Source of the DNA: Fimbriosthenelais zetlandica
Taxonomy: Eukaryota
Direction: 5' to 3'
Length of the DNA: 64,000 nucleotides
Assembly: GCA_977030845.1 (NCBI GenBank)
Contig: OZ365115.1
Coordinates: 10,168,001-10,232,000, forward strand
The notes beneath the pieces are model-generated. The model saw nothing but the letters and a program-made list of their open reading frames with translations, was not told where the DNA came from and did not search any database. Both the position numbers and the translations under genes were made by a program. This document shows positions 26,336 through 40,149 of this stretch, piece by piece; position 1 is the first letter of the stretch, and the number at the start of each line of letters is the position of its first letter.

Positions 26336-29300
26336 CTATTGAAGATAGGAGGAGGTGAGGAAGAGAGCAAGGCTGGTTGCTAGGAGAGCAGTTGCCATGG
26401 AAATGTGAGATGTAGAGGCTGAGTTACAGTGGTCTGTGTCGCAGGCGCATTGGACAGTCCGGCTAGATGCTCCATCCATAGAGAAACAACCCCTCCAGTC
26501 AGCCTGACCACAGAGGCGTGATGTTAGATTAGATACTGAAAACAAAACATACAACACATGAGAGACATTACATCAACCGTGTTGACAAATAATCATCAAC
26601 ACTAATAGCATCATTTTTCAAAAGATATTACATATGAATGCAAACAGAAAAACTGTTTTTTCTTTGATGCATAAAACGCTAAATTGAGCCAACGAAGATG
26701 AATGTAGCGTGACTATGAGAGAGGATATCGACTATTTAGAGAGGGCCATTGTTTGCTGGTTTTGGTATGAATTATTCTGAATATATAACATAGAGCCCGT
26801 TTAGTACGGAGATAACACTCTCTATGTGTGGCACAGCTGTAAAACTAGATGAGGGACTGGTGGATAGGAAGAAAAGAGAGACGCAGCTGTCTCATTTCCA
26901 CTACTTACTTATCTGGTATCGGGCTTCATTTCCACGTTTGATAACACGGTAGCTCTCCGTCACAATCTTTTTACATACATTCTCCTTGGGGCCACACTTC
27001 TGTAGTTGTCTATTCGTGCCTTCGAGATTTTCTGCTTCGCATTCTACATTGTCTTTTGACCAACAAGTATAGCAATATATTTCACCAGTAACTGCAAGAA
27101 AAGGATTATTTTATTAGCCTCAATATCAGACAGTCACTCACACACAGGGGATATCTTATTCTTTGAATGTCCTATTCAACGTATTGATTTCTCTCTTAAA
27201 GGGGCGAGGCTAATCCCGAGGTTCTGGCAAGGCAAATAAAATGTAAATGGACAACTTGGCCTTGGGTTCTAATACACTGTCGAGTATTGTCTGGGGAAGG
27301 TCGGGAAGGTGATATCAAGGTCATGAGACCTGTTTCCTGCAGGAAATGAATTTCCTATGTATTAGATCATGATGGTGGGGGATGTTGGAGGAGGAGGAGG
27401 CAGCAGTAGGTGGGAGGGTGGATAGGGCTGTAGATAGGCCAGTCCTGACTTGATTGGAGTGGAATAAAGAATGAAGGAAGGTATAGATCACTAATTTGAA
27501 GCAGCTTCAGCTGAACCAGAGAAAGGAAATAGTAGGGTAAATACGAGGGGAGAATGAAACGGAGGAAAATAAGCCGAAGAAACAAGCTGGTCTAAGCTTG
27601 ACTAGAGGGACAAAAAGAGAAGCAGAAGCTGCAAGTAACAGAATTATGCAGTATCAGGCTTCATCATTAGCACAACCAAGTCAAAGAGGCATGAGGGCAG
27701 TGGCGGCATGGGGAAGCGGATTGAAAATCAGCGGTTCCCTGTAGATGTAGGGCGTAACCCCTTTTATAGACTTCCATCAATTGTCACGTCATATCTAGCT
27801 ACAAGGCAAAAAGGCAAAGTCACATATGGAAGTCACGGGGCAAGAATATGGCTGCCTGACAGGATCAGGCCAAGCTCGTCTTTCTTCCATTGATGTAAGG
27901 CAGTGTAAGCCAGGAAGCAATGGAAGAAAGAAAAAACCCGGGGGGGAATTAATCTACATCACCTGTCCCTGATGATAATTGCTTAGAGACACTCTGGAGA
28001 ATATAAATGTATCAAATCCCGTGCCTCACATAAACAGTGATAAAAGCTACCGAGAAAACAAGCTCTGAGCTCCATTTTCATTTTCCATATTCAATGACGT
28101 AGCATAAATAACATGTAGACCTAATAAAGAGTTGGATAGAGAGGGAATATGAACTACTCCCATGAGAAAGATAGGGATATATTAATAAATATTTTTTATT
28201 AACAAGACTGACTGTGCATTAAAATATTAATGTCTCTTTCCTCTCAGTTTTATTGACATTTAAATGAAAGGATCGAGGTAAGCTATAAAAGCATAGATCC
28301 CGGGATCTGTGCATTCATCACCACACCCTTTTTACATGAATCAATACATCAGTAATAGTTCGTTACCCTTCAACGAGATGCTCAAAGAGTAATAGACCAT
28401 GACCCAGGCGAACAACTGCCCCAAGCATCCCTACAGTCCACAGGGACTGGTTCTCTTATCAGGAAAGGCCATGGCAACAGGATAATATGTGTATCCATTT
28501 CTCCTTCAGTGTACAGCGAAACATATTCCCAACATATTCCTTTTTTTCAATCGCAAAAAAGGTAATGGTGGTCGGAATCCCTACCCTTATAACACAGATA
28601 CATCATACTTGAAGATGAGTGGATACATGCATCCTTTCTTACTATGCAATATCCAACACAACTTCCTAATAAAAAAAATTCTACCTATTTTAATACCAGA
28701 TCCTATTAACAACAAATAACAAACTGAGCATCGTATTTCTCAATCAGCGGACTTGAGTATTGTTTTATCCCGGGGACCGTAGCCAGGAATAAAATGTCAC
28801 ATTTCCCACACTTGGAGTGGGAGGATGATGGGGGAAGGGGGAGGACTGTGATTTTCTTAACAACCTTCTCATCTTTCTGATGAGAGAGGCCCAGAGGAGA
28901 CGCTTTGAAATGTCAGAGAGACGCAATTAAAACGGGAGCCATTAGTTGCAGCCTGATTGATTTAAATCAAATCAACCGAGCCCGTCTTCACATAGCCCCG
29001 TCTCACCCACATCCAAGCATGAATCTTCCACAACTCAATCTTTTAATTAAACAAGTCCATTAGGGAATCAATAATATTAATATTCTCTTTTACAAGATCT
29101 TGTGAATCTTCCATGGCAATGAAAGAGACCCTACAGAATACTTCAGATCAGTCTTCTATTTAGCCCTATATCCCTAGTTATGAGGATACTGGGATTGTAG
29201 CTAAAAATGATTATAAGGAATGAAATTGTTTTGTCTCATGGACACAGACAGGCTTGCATTTCCTGACTGTTTGACTGAATAACAATCTTAAAGTATCAAA

Positions 29301-32300
29301 TTATTTCAGGGCCTGGACAACAGTAATTAAATATTCATAGTGCCTGCCAAGAACAACTAGGATGCCTTTCGCCATCTCTTTATTAGCAGTGACAAATACA
29401 AATGAATTCATTAAGGTCGTAATGAGTCGACAAACTGCTGCAAAAGCAATTTATTTCCAGCATCATTCAGGAGAATGGAAATATCATTTTTAGCCCAGTA
29501 GTGGGATGATAGTAACCTTAGCCTGTTTATAAATGCATCCATAATACTGTAGCAATGTCGTGCCTGCAAATAACCAATAAGGAAAGCAAAGCTGGTGAAG
29601 CAATTTGCTTGTATACATCAGAGCAATCAGTATATCAATAGATCTAGGGACGATCATCTAATGAAGATTCATTAGTAGACTTCAGTACATAACCCTCAAA
29701 GCCTTATAGGGAGCAATATCCAAGTTCAATAAAAAAAACTTTCCTACAAAGAGCGCTAGAAAATGAGCGTGGGGAAGCACCGACTGAAAAGAACTTTATG
29801 ATGTTCATGGATGCTCCTGACAGTTCTCAGCTTACAGACCTGACATTTTAATAAGGCATGTCCTCAATTTACAAGTCGAAGTGGCCTTTAAATACCATCC
29901 ATAGGCAAAACAGGGACCGTTTGCTGTTGACAGTATTGTTCCTCAAACTCGGACTCTCACAGATGGTTACAAGATTATTGTAGCTTAAGCAAACGGAGAG
30001 AAAAAATTGTTCACGAAAACTTAATCAATGTGATTGTCAGGCGAGGCCCACAGGCAAAGATTCACACAATGTTGTTTTTTCACTGACTGTGGGCGGTATT
30101 GTTGGGGGATGATTGGAATCGATTGCAGGAGTATTCTGCCCAGCAGTCTGAGAAAGACCTCGATAAACGAGGAGCTCTTGAATGAGATTGAGCTGCTCGG
30201 TACATCTTAGCAACAAGCTCTCAACCATACTTGCCTAAAGCACAGTGACTATCATCAAATACTCAACGTTGTTGCAGCAGCTGACATATGTCCTGAACTT
30301 TGCATCCCTGGGCAAACGAATAGGGAGAAAAACCTAAGGTTACTTCAGGACATACTACTACCCAATCCTTTTAATGGTACAAGACCACAAGTAAATCCTC
30401 TAGAGAGTTGACTGGGATTTAACGCCTACATTGGTAGAGGCAGAGAGACCAGTGTCCGTGTACACTGGACCTGCCTTCTCATGACAAACAAGGTCCCTCG
30501 AGCCTTAGAAGTTCAGGGTAGAGAGATATTCTATTGATTCTCCCCTTGGTCACTTCCTGTTACACCCAGAATTACCCAGAGTTGCATTCCCCCATTTCAG
30601 ACATGGCGTTGAATACATTCTGTTAAAGTAATGTTTGAGTCAACATAGATCTACCAAGATCTGTTGTAAATGGTTGTTATAAAATCAAGGCGATAACATA
30701 CATAAAAAAGCCCATGGACTAAAAATCCATTACCAATTTCATTCAGTCATCTTCCAATAGGCCCACTCATTTCTTATGATGGACCTTTAGATTATGCATG
30801 AGTAGGAGTATCTTGAGCTTATACTCCATCTTGATGATTGACAGATTATATCCGTAATGCTCTAATTGGAAAGGAAATATTTTTAATCAAATTTACCTTT
30901 GCTCACCAACAGGACTGACAACCTTTCAGAGTCTAATATTCAGCGGGAAGAATTTAATCTGATATTGAAATCCGGAGTTGCTCCCAGATGTTAAGCTCAA
31001 TGATGGATCGAATCAATGTTTCCATTATAGACTATCACATCGCTAGCTCATCTCTGCTGGAGACAGGCAAATACAAACCGGGGGATTAAGATTAGATTGT
31101 AATAGATTGATGGAATGGGGCCGACTTTTTGTCTCTTTCACTCTATCTCTATCATTCCATTTTCCTCGAAGAAGAGGGGATGGGGGGAAGGGAGGGACTG
31201 AGTAGGAAGGAATGAGGGAAAGAAGCAGTCAGGTCATTATCATGGAGATTTTATCTACCAATTACTTTCTCTTAAAAAAAGAACCCAGTCCTGTTTGGAT
31301 TGAAAATGGTTTCTGGTAGAGCTATAGATACTAGGCTGCAGGTAATACGGAATGAAAGTGTGCGATCACGTGTGAGATTGTTGTCATTGAGACGACCTGC
31401 AGAAATCTTTCATACCAGGAGTGGCAGGCCTCTATAATATAAACGGACGGCGCCATCTTGTATTTTTATGACAATTTCCCACTCCATCGACCGCGCATGC
31501 GCTGTGTATTCCGATAAGACTCTTTTAACAGCAACTTTCCCAACATACGCGCCCCTATAATTCCCCTCCCAACATTTCTCTTAACAGGGAAACGGAGAGA
31601 CAACAGGGGGTTCGGGGAGAGCTTTAAAAAACAACACATGACATTTCCTTATATGGGCAAACTGGCCAGCTTTATGATGTGATCCGAGGCAATGAATCTC
31701 GTCCCTGCCCATGCCTCATTCATGACCTTTTTATGACCTTTCAAAATGATCTCTAGCCATTTGCACACCATGTCGTGGGTGATAGATACTGGAGGAGAGG
31801 GGATTGAGCAGGAAGCTGCTGGTATATATATAGCTGTACTAATCCCACCCACCTATAGCTGATCCTATCTCCTGTGGCAAGAGGCTTGGAAAACTGGGAA
31901 GCAGGCAATGATGGATGGGATAGGAATTGTCAGATGGCACTGAAGTTGGACACGGGCTGTGGGAAGGCTGAAATTGCAGCAAATTCTTTCCTAGTACACT
32001 GTATGGGATGTTACCATTTCCGACCCCAGTCCTAGTTGCCATCATATTCAAAGGCCGATATTTCCTGTTACAAGCCTGCTATCAGTAATTTACCGTTGCT
32101 TTCTATGAGTTCGATAAGAATGATGAATCCGGTAAAAAGATGAACAAATATAACAGATATCTCATCTGGGGCCTCTCATCTGGTTTTGAATGAAAATCCA
32201 CTCTGTTACTACTTTAACTTGTAGTATGCCAAGGTTAATGATCTATAGGGGATTTAGACCCAATATCTTGCAGAATGGCATGCAAGGCTACAAATTTATG

Positions 32301-35300
32301 GAAATAGGCCTACTACTATGCATATGCGACAATCCTCCTCTTTGATATACGAGTTTTTCACTGAGAATACCCATGCATATTATATAAAGATCCATTATAA
32401 GATTAGTCAATTACTCCGGTAACAATACTACATCAGGGGAAGACAAAATAATACTATCAAAGGAAGACAGATTGATACAACATCCCCTTTATGTATAGGG
32501 CCTAATACATAAACACAAAGAACGTGTTCTCTGACACTCTAAACCAGCAAGGAAAATAGCCATGACCTCCTGTTTTAACTCTTTTCAATTTATGAGTTTC
32601 TACCGAAATGGCAAAGGGGTCAATACAAAGCAATGCCAATTCTTGGTGTTTCTAATACAAAAAAGATAGATCAACTGGTTCTAGGTTCTATTAAAGTCTA
32701 TGTTTACAATCTGTTCTCGAGGGAGATTTCCGACAGTGGGATTTGCCTCCTTTGACACAGTGTGTTGCACCGTACAGTTGAATCTACTCAGGAGCAAAAG
32801 CAGAGCCGCTCTTTGCCTGCCCTCCAACCCATAAATCACCAAAGCTTCATAGGGAAAGTGGGAGGGAGAGGATTGGGGGAGGAGAAGCAATAGCTCGGGG
32901 GACATATGGTTGGTAAACCCAGTTCCTAACCTTAGGCATAATCGGCTACAGGGTGATGTCCAGTCATCGAGTGGAAATATTCCCAGAATTGTTAGTGGTT
33001 GTTATGTATGTATATTTGAACAACGAGCTATATCCCAAATATAGACAACAGAACACGATACATAAATCCGATATTTCATTTAAAAGGCATATTTTATTGT
33101 TTACATACAATAAGGTAATCATAGATAGTAATCTTGATAATGGAATATCATATTCAAACGTAAGAAAATGCAATACATAATAATATATGACTCCGCGGTA
33201 ATGGCATTCTCTATCCCTTACTTCACTCATCCCCATTTCCAATGCCTTTCCTAGACGTATATATGGATTATATATTACCACATCAGCGTCCATTAATGAT
33301 TCCGCCGTGTCAGTTTCAGGCTTAAGTCTCTTACCTTGTCCTCTAACTATAATGATAATGTCACATCATGGTTAAGCTGGGCTTGCATACAATAATCCCT
33401 TTACATTAAGTAAGTTCCTAGCTAATGAATCTGTATGACAATAATGGCTGAAATTTACATGAAGAAACCGTTAATTGGAGGAGGCTGATTTCAAGGAAAG
33501 CTCTTCTGTAACGTAAGTAGAGGATTTAAGCTCCTACTGAACATGACTATATCTTTCTCTTTATATTTTAAAAGTATTTATAGCTTCATAAAGAACATCT
33601 GTAAAGCACTTGGATAAGTGCATGCGCCATTAAAGGCACGGATAGATTGCAGGACTCAGGTGTGATTGAGGAGGTTGGATGTCTTGTATCATACCACCAT
33701 AAAGCCATTATATCATTGGCAGTATACCTACACAAAAGAATCTATCCTTCTTATAGCTCGAAGTGAGAACTTTAACTTTACCTGTCTTGGAAATTTAAGG
33801 CAAAATCAACTAGCCTGATGGAATCAATACTTGAAAGGTTGTTCTTGGGAAAAGCTATTTAAAACGTACACTGGTAAAAGAGTCGATGAAATGTACTTAA
33901 ATGATGCCGAAAGACCTCAGCTGCAAATTGCCTTTTCCCAAATGAAAATTATCCTTTCAGGAAGGGAACGGATAATAATTATTTGGTCCATGGATCTAGC
34001 TGTATGTGCTTACGTTTTAATACGATTCCTAGCTTAATTTTGCTGATATCTATGCATGTACTGCATAATTACTTTAGCTATGCTTTAGACATGTGAGGCT
34101 TTACCGTATACATCATTCGCCTTTTAAGATTATAGATGACAATTCCATTGCCACGTGGATGAACAACGAAGAACTGTTACAGCAAATGGAAATCTTAGAC
34201 ATTGTGGCACTCTCAACTGGTAACGGAAGCCAAGTGGGTTTTTAGAGGACACCTGAAAGCTGCAATGGCCTACATGACGAGCTTGGTAAAAGCCGGAATC
34301 TGATTGAATCGGATGGCTTCATTTGCTACAAGCCCTCTTGGCGATGTCTATATGGGAAGCCTCCAATATTTGCCAGACAGAATTGTCGGCGAGGAGGAGA
34401 GATAAGAAGTTGAAATTACATATTATCTCTTCTTGCTTTCCTTATCATGAGAAGACTGAGATGCGAAAGTTACTGGCCAAAGGAGGTAATAATGTGATTT
34501 GGTACAGAGGGGATCCTCCCTGCTATCTAATATTTATGGCAAACCATTGGAGTCTAAGAAGGAAAGGGGGAAGCGAGGAAGTGAATTAAAAGGGACGTAG
34601 GAAGATGATTAGGTTAGCTACGAAGGATGATGGATTGCAAATTTTAAAAAATAGATACCATGTATGGGTGTATTCATTAAAATTAGCATTGCTATAAATT
34701 CGCAATTCTACTTTCTAAAATGCAACCGGAAGTAATCCCACATATTTTTCTCTTGTAGTGTTACAGCGGTTAGGAAGCTACACGAACAATAAGTGATCAC
34801 TGGAGCAATATTATAACAGGCCTGAGACAATTACCCAAAGGCAGTATAGTAAGTCATTCCAATATATTTCTTCTACTCATCTCTCGCCGCCATTTTATCT
34901 CCACCATGCTGAACAACTCATTATAGATATCAGATGACCTCAGGCTCTTTTACGATTATTTCATATTCTTCCGGCAGCATAACGTACCATAGCTGGCTAT
35001 CATTACTGCTGTCTGTTCCAAAATATGAACTGGGAAATTTAAGGTAAAAAAAGAGCTGACACAAGGATGCAACATGTTCAATAATAGAAATGCTGAGGAT
35101 CGATAATGTCAGAGAGGTGACCATATGAAAGGGACGACGAAAAGACATGAGACAAGATAATGAAGGGGAGAAAGACGCTCGGTGAACGCAGTTGTTCAAA
35201 CGGCTGGAAATGTATAGATAAACAGCACTATCTTTGTATTTGATTAATAGATTTATTGTTTGTTTAATTGATTGATTGACTGATTGACTGATTGATTGAC

Positions 35301-37774
35301 AAGAGTCTTAAGACATTAAGTGCCAGAAATGTATAAATATACATCTGAAGAATAGAGTTTATTGCATCTACTGCCTCTATTTCATGTCTAATAGGGTCTG
35401 CAGCAGACATACAGGCACCTTGCCTTATTATCATAACTATCCCCAATAATACACTTTTTCTCCCGTTTCTACATTCATATTGCTTTCCCTAGTAAAGAAG
35501 GAAGTAGGCAGCAGCTTGGACCTGCCCCTCCACTATATGCCAGGAGTAGTTAAAGAGGCCCTCCTGGGAAGGCGAGCTGTTCTGATTCCATTTATACAGC
35601 AAATTGCCTTTTCCAACCCATGTCATGCTGGTCATTTCCTCCCCACTCAGCCCGCATCACTAAGTCCGGCCAACACACCACACTTGTTTGTTCTCAAGCT
35701 TTTATTTCATTCTCTAGCCTTTGTTATCTCAGCTTGCATCTCACTTCGACACATGCAGACAAAACAAAGTCAAGACAAAAACACTTGGTTTATGGTAAAG
35801 CCAACACGGAAATGGCACCCAAGGCATTGCTTGGAATGTATACAACTACAAGTAGACTAGCAAAAAACAAAGGTGTTTGGACATAGGGACCTACTGCAAC
35901 AAAGCGTGTGTTGCATTTTATAGAAATCCATCTCTCACGAAATGTTCAATTCCTTAAGTAATTTCAACTTAGGTTAGGAATTGCAGATTGAAACCCAGTT
36001 TTCTACACTGAACTTTTCAATACCCATGTTAACAAATAAATTCCATTTATCACTTGGGGCAAATGAAATAAAAGTCAATCTGCAAAGTTTTTCCCACGCG
36101 TTAAAACATAAATTCACATCCATTAAACGGGAAAGCGCGAGGGGAATTAGGCAAATGAACCTGAATGGGAGTTTTAAAAGGACATCAGTCTCTCATATTA
36201 TGTCCACTATGCAGATGTGTCAGGCGAATTAGGATAGAGAAAGCAATGCCCCATGGCCTGACAACTGGTGACTTCATAGTATTTAAAGTTATATCCCAGG
36301 TTTATGTATGCCCATCCATAATATATATAATTAGATTTAATTGTACAGATTTGCATTACAAATATCATGGTATAATTATAGGCATAGAGATACATATATA
36401 ATGTAGCTTAATGTATATGTTTGTCAATATCAATACATGTATACATGGAGACCTATATCCTCATATCAAGATTGGATTGGCTGGGGCATCATTGCCTAAT
36501 AATAAAGGACGATTTATTGCCATTTCCCTTCAATATCCCATAAATGTCTGCAGGGTAATGCACTTTCAACTCATTGATTATCTGTACTTCATTGCGTCCT
36601 ACATAACATGACTATACTCTGCACCCAAAATTGTTCAATGCAGCACATCAAAGGTTATCTATCATCAGACTATAAAGTGAGAAGTTCAAGATAAGTTGGT
36701 ACAGAGAATAGAGATCTGGAGAACGTAGCCTTCATCAGAGAGTATGTATACGATCATGCCCTCAGTTCCACTTGACCCAGTTTGAGATTGAATTGCTCAC
36801 TTCTGCTCGGCTGACTCAATCCTGCTCAGTGTCTTAATCAGCCCTCTTTATGCCTCATCCATTCTCGCGGTTCATCCAAGGAGAATAGAGTGATTGTCTC
36901 CAAAGATGTGATGTATTGATACTTGATAGTCAAAAAACGGACTATAGATCCTGCGTTTTTGTAGGTTTTTCTAATAAACCCCATAATTATAAGATTAATG
37001 GCTGCGGAGCGTGCGCCTTATTTAAACCATTTGCTATCGATGAAAGGAAGGTAAAAAGAGAAAATAAATTTGAAGTTTAAATTATCATTTCTATCATAAC
37101 GGCGGTTGGTGAAACATATCATAACATATAGAGCTGAAGACCGGAAGTAGAGCAACTTCCATCCATTCAGTAGTCCAGACCCGATACAAATAGGGAACTA
37201 GTAACAAGACCAGTGCTTTATCATTGTTAGCTCCCTATCATTACTGTGTTCATATTTTATATCTAATGCTATTCAGTCATACTAGAGAGAATGTCCACTC
37301 TATAATCCATGGTCTCTCCCCCTGTAATAGAGCTCTATCTGTAGGCCTACCCATAACACAGAGGTGACCCATATAAATGCTATGGCACAGGTGAGATCGA
37401 TAGGTAGCACTACATTGTGGATTCCAGACCAATTTCCATACCTAAAAGCTGTAAAAACTACCAGGATCAATTCCCTGAACGCACTTTTTAAGTCAGAATT
37501 GGTTTAAAGCGCATCAAAGGGGCAAAATTATCCTTTTCTGGTAGTTTTGACAACGTACAACGGCCCCATCAATGATTCCCCCCATTGGTATGGGTAATAC
37601 AATACTGAGTGAAGGAATACACATGGGTTTTCCCCGATTAATACAATACACAAAGGATTAGATAAGATGACTTAGTGAAAAGGAACTACTGAAACGGTGA
37701 TAAAGGCAGCACTTACCAATGATCGCTGATAAGACTAGTAGAAGTAGAGATAAGAAGAATTTGGTGATATCCAT
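26336..37774 (-). CDS. Quiver/sleepless-like Ly6/uPAR three-finger GPI-anchored protein, 146 aa
   Basis: Exon 37774-37717 encodes signal peptide MDITKFFLSLLLLVLSAII (phase 1). Exon 27091-26909 encodes CYTC...C...C...CKK. Exon 26535-26336 encodes RLC...C...CACDTDHCN plus a hydrophobic GPI tail. All junctions are GT-AG and in phase. The link across the 10.6 kb intron is inferred. Confidence 0.8.
31451..31502. promoter_or_regulatory. YY1-like (CGCCATCTTG) plus NRF1-like (GCGCATGCGC) motif pair inside the Ly6 gene intron
   Basis: Motifs at 31451-31460 and 31493-31502 in a CpG-containing patch; function untested. Confidence 0.4.
34100..34400 (+). mobile_element. Degenerate 3' fragment of a non-LTR retrotransposon (RTE-like)
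   Basis: Frameshifted peptides WMNNEELLQQMEILDIV / KWVFRGHL / RCLYGKP resemble the post-RT C-terminal region of RTE-clade LINEs (NEEVL...W.GH...LYG). Confidence 0.35.
35257..35292. repeat. (GATT/GACT)n microsatellite
   Basis: attgattgattgactgattgactgattgattgac. Confidence 0.8.
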
Positions 37775-38279
37775 GTTTAAGTGGTCCAGCCGATTGCTCT
37801 CTGGTACACGCCGTAATGCTTTCACGGTTCAAACCTCCACCTCCAGCCCTGGTGGCGACCCAGTTAGCTTTAAACTAGGCCACTCACCTGTTAGTATAGT
37901 CGTATGGTATGGACCTACCTGTAATGGTGGGGAGGCCCATAGAAGCGTCACACATAGGGGAGCGACACTAGCGACACCCGAGCCAAGCGGCAGTGCTTCA
38001 CATTTTAAAGTGCAAGGCGTGAGTAGTAGGGAAAATGGGAATCAGAAGGAGGGTGGACATGATCAAGTTATCAAGCTCCCCTCACAGGGTCTGCTTTGCT
38101 CGGAACTGAAAGACAGGTTCGCCGGGGATTAGGCCTATACATCTAGCTTGTCACATGTGGAACGAAAGCACTATAATTATAAAATAAATATTGTAGGTAA
38201 CTGAAGTCTTATTATAATAATAATACCATTTTGTAAGCTTTTCCATCGTTTTAATCTTGGGAATTAGCTACTGTCTATT

Positions 38280-38700
38280 TGGTGCTGCTACCTTGTGCGC
38301 CGCGAGTGAACTGAGCTCCGCCGCGCCTTTACTTCAGCGGGAAACCACCAGGTGACAGTACTGCATCAGCTGAGCATAGCTGAGCGAAGCCGGTTCAGAC
38401 GGCGTTTGTAGATCTAGGAAAGCACCTAAATCAACCAAAATTGAAATACGTCGGTAGATTTATATGGAGAATCTGTAGTGTCCAAAAGAACAGAGCTACG
38501 CTGCCTGTAATTTGTGAACCTGTAAACGGCGAGAGACAGGAGCGTTGTGGGCGATAATAGGGGGTTTTGCCGATAGGTAGGTTGTTTCTATGTCTATGGT
38601 AGGTCGGAACATAATCCTTTACCGGAAGTCAGCTGCCACATGAGTGGGTCACGTGCCAGCATTATTAAAGTTGTCCGTCCGGTGGCGCCCTCACCACGTA
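38280..38700 (-). promoter_or_regulatory. CpG-rich putative promoter of the Ly6/quiver-like gene
   Basis: Lies 0.5-0.9 kb upstream of the ATG at 37774. Contains ETS ACCGGAAGT (38621), E-box GTCACGTG (38648) and CTCF-like CCACCAGGTGACAG (38345). A possible 5'UTR exon donor is at 38291. Confidence 0.5.
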
Positions 38701-40149
38701 CACGACAAACGAAGGAACTTATAAGAATGCGAGTTTCACCAACAGATAAATTCTTTTATTTATAAGCTAGGACAGGACCTGTAGTACAAGAAGTCCACAT
38801 TTCCTTCTACATTAATGGAACTGAAATAAATGGTGCATATATAGTTCAGTAGCTACAAATCTGGTACCCTATTAGCTAACATTATCATTCAGCAAGTACT
38901 CAAAAATGTGTGTAGAGATCTGAAATCTGTACCATCAAATCACCAATAATACAAATGGAGTTTCATTTTTGCAAGGATAATTATTTAGACTAGAAATTAA
39001 GATAGAGGAGATTCCAAAATTTAATTGTGAATGTCTAAATAAAATGGAAATTCATAATATAATACCGGTATAATGAATTGGATAAAAAGCGACTGATAAT
39101 GAAGTTATTTTCTATGACAGAATAGACTAGGCTATTTCTTGATTTCCCAGACAGTACTAACACGCCAAATATAAAGTGGAACTTTTCTAGTACTTGAATA
39201 GAAACAATAGCACCGTGACTTTGGTATGAATAATTATGGTGCAGGAGGATGGGCACAAAAACATAACTGAAAAACAATATATGATTTACAGTAACAGAAA
39301 TCAACTATATGTATTAGATTCATAAATTATAGATTCATAAATCACACAAATCTTTTATCATACGGTACAACATACAACTCACTTACAAATATGTACTGAA
39401 GATTCTCACCGAACATACCCAAATATTTACAATTTGTATAATATCAACATTAAATTCTCTTTCAAAAATCCTATGTTTAAGATAGCAAATGCTAACGAGA
39501 GATGCTACCAAATTGAAAAATGTGTCTATGTTCATAAACTAGCCATCCGTAAACAATAGGATGCTAAACATCGGGAAATAGAACATATCATATCATATTT
39601 TATGATATTGATATCTGAAGACCTAACTTTACTAGTTTTTGACAGCTTCCTCAGAAATTGGGAAGAGGGTTGTTTGGGGATGTCAAAGGCTGTATGTGCA
39701 GCGAAGTGTTTTGATTATTCTCAAAAGAATATGATACGTATCTATAATAAGAATCTACAGGCACCTGGTACTTGGGTTGTAACCAATTATGCAATTTCTA
39801 TTTCAGAGCATTTATAACCTAACCAACTCATTAATTAAAACACAGACGTACAGTCTATGATTAAAATCGAACCTTCCATGGCTGGCATGCTTGGAACCTG
39901 TATATATATGAAGTTATGGGAAATCCATTATCTCGAGTTCATCATTTCATTTTGAGGGAACAAATTTTAAACTCCTAAACAATTTGTGATTATGTCTTTT
40001 TAACGTGACAACCCATAAAGAGTTATTAGTTATCTAATCAATTCAAGGCAGGAGCGCTATCAATATGTTATAGATCTAAGTACATCCAAATTGAAAGCTA
40101 TAGAGGGATTTATTCCTGGCAGTCACAGGGGGTTGGTTTCAGTGGTTCA

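Noticed and set aside
28037-28087. MKMELRACFLGSFYHCL as the Ly6 signal exon
   Set aside because: The phase fits but it is poorly hydrophobic; 37774-37717 is a much better signal exon.
30140-30410. Nearly open plus-strand frame (SSLRKTSINEELL...)
   Set aside because: No diagnostic recombinase or RT motifs; cannot be assigned.
32964-33293. ORF with LLNEISDL resembling GPCR TM2
   Set aside because: A single weak motif in AT-rich sequence with no other TM motifs in order.
36998-37050. ATGGCTGCG...|gtaaaa first-exon-like unit (MAAERAPYLNHLLSMKGR)
   Set aside because: No compatible downstream exons found.
37719-38132. 137-aa plus-strand ORF
   Set aside because: It overlaps the Ly6 first exon and 5'UTR in antisense and has no motifs.
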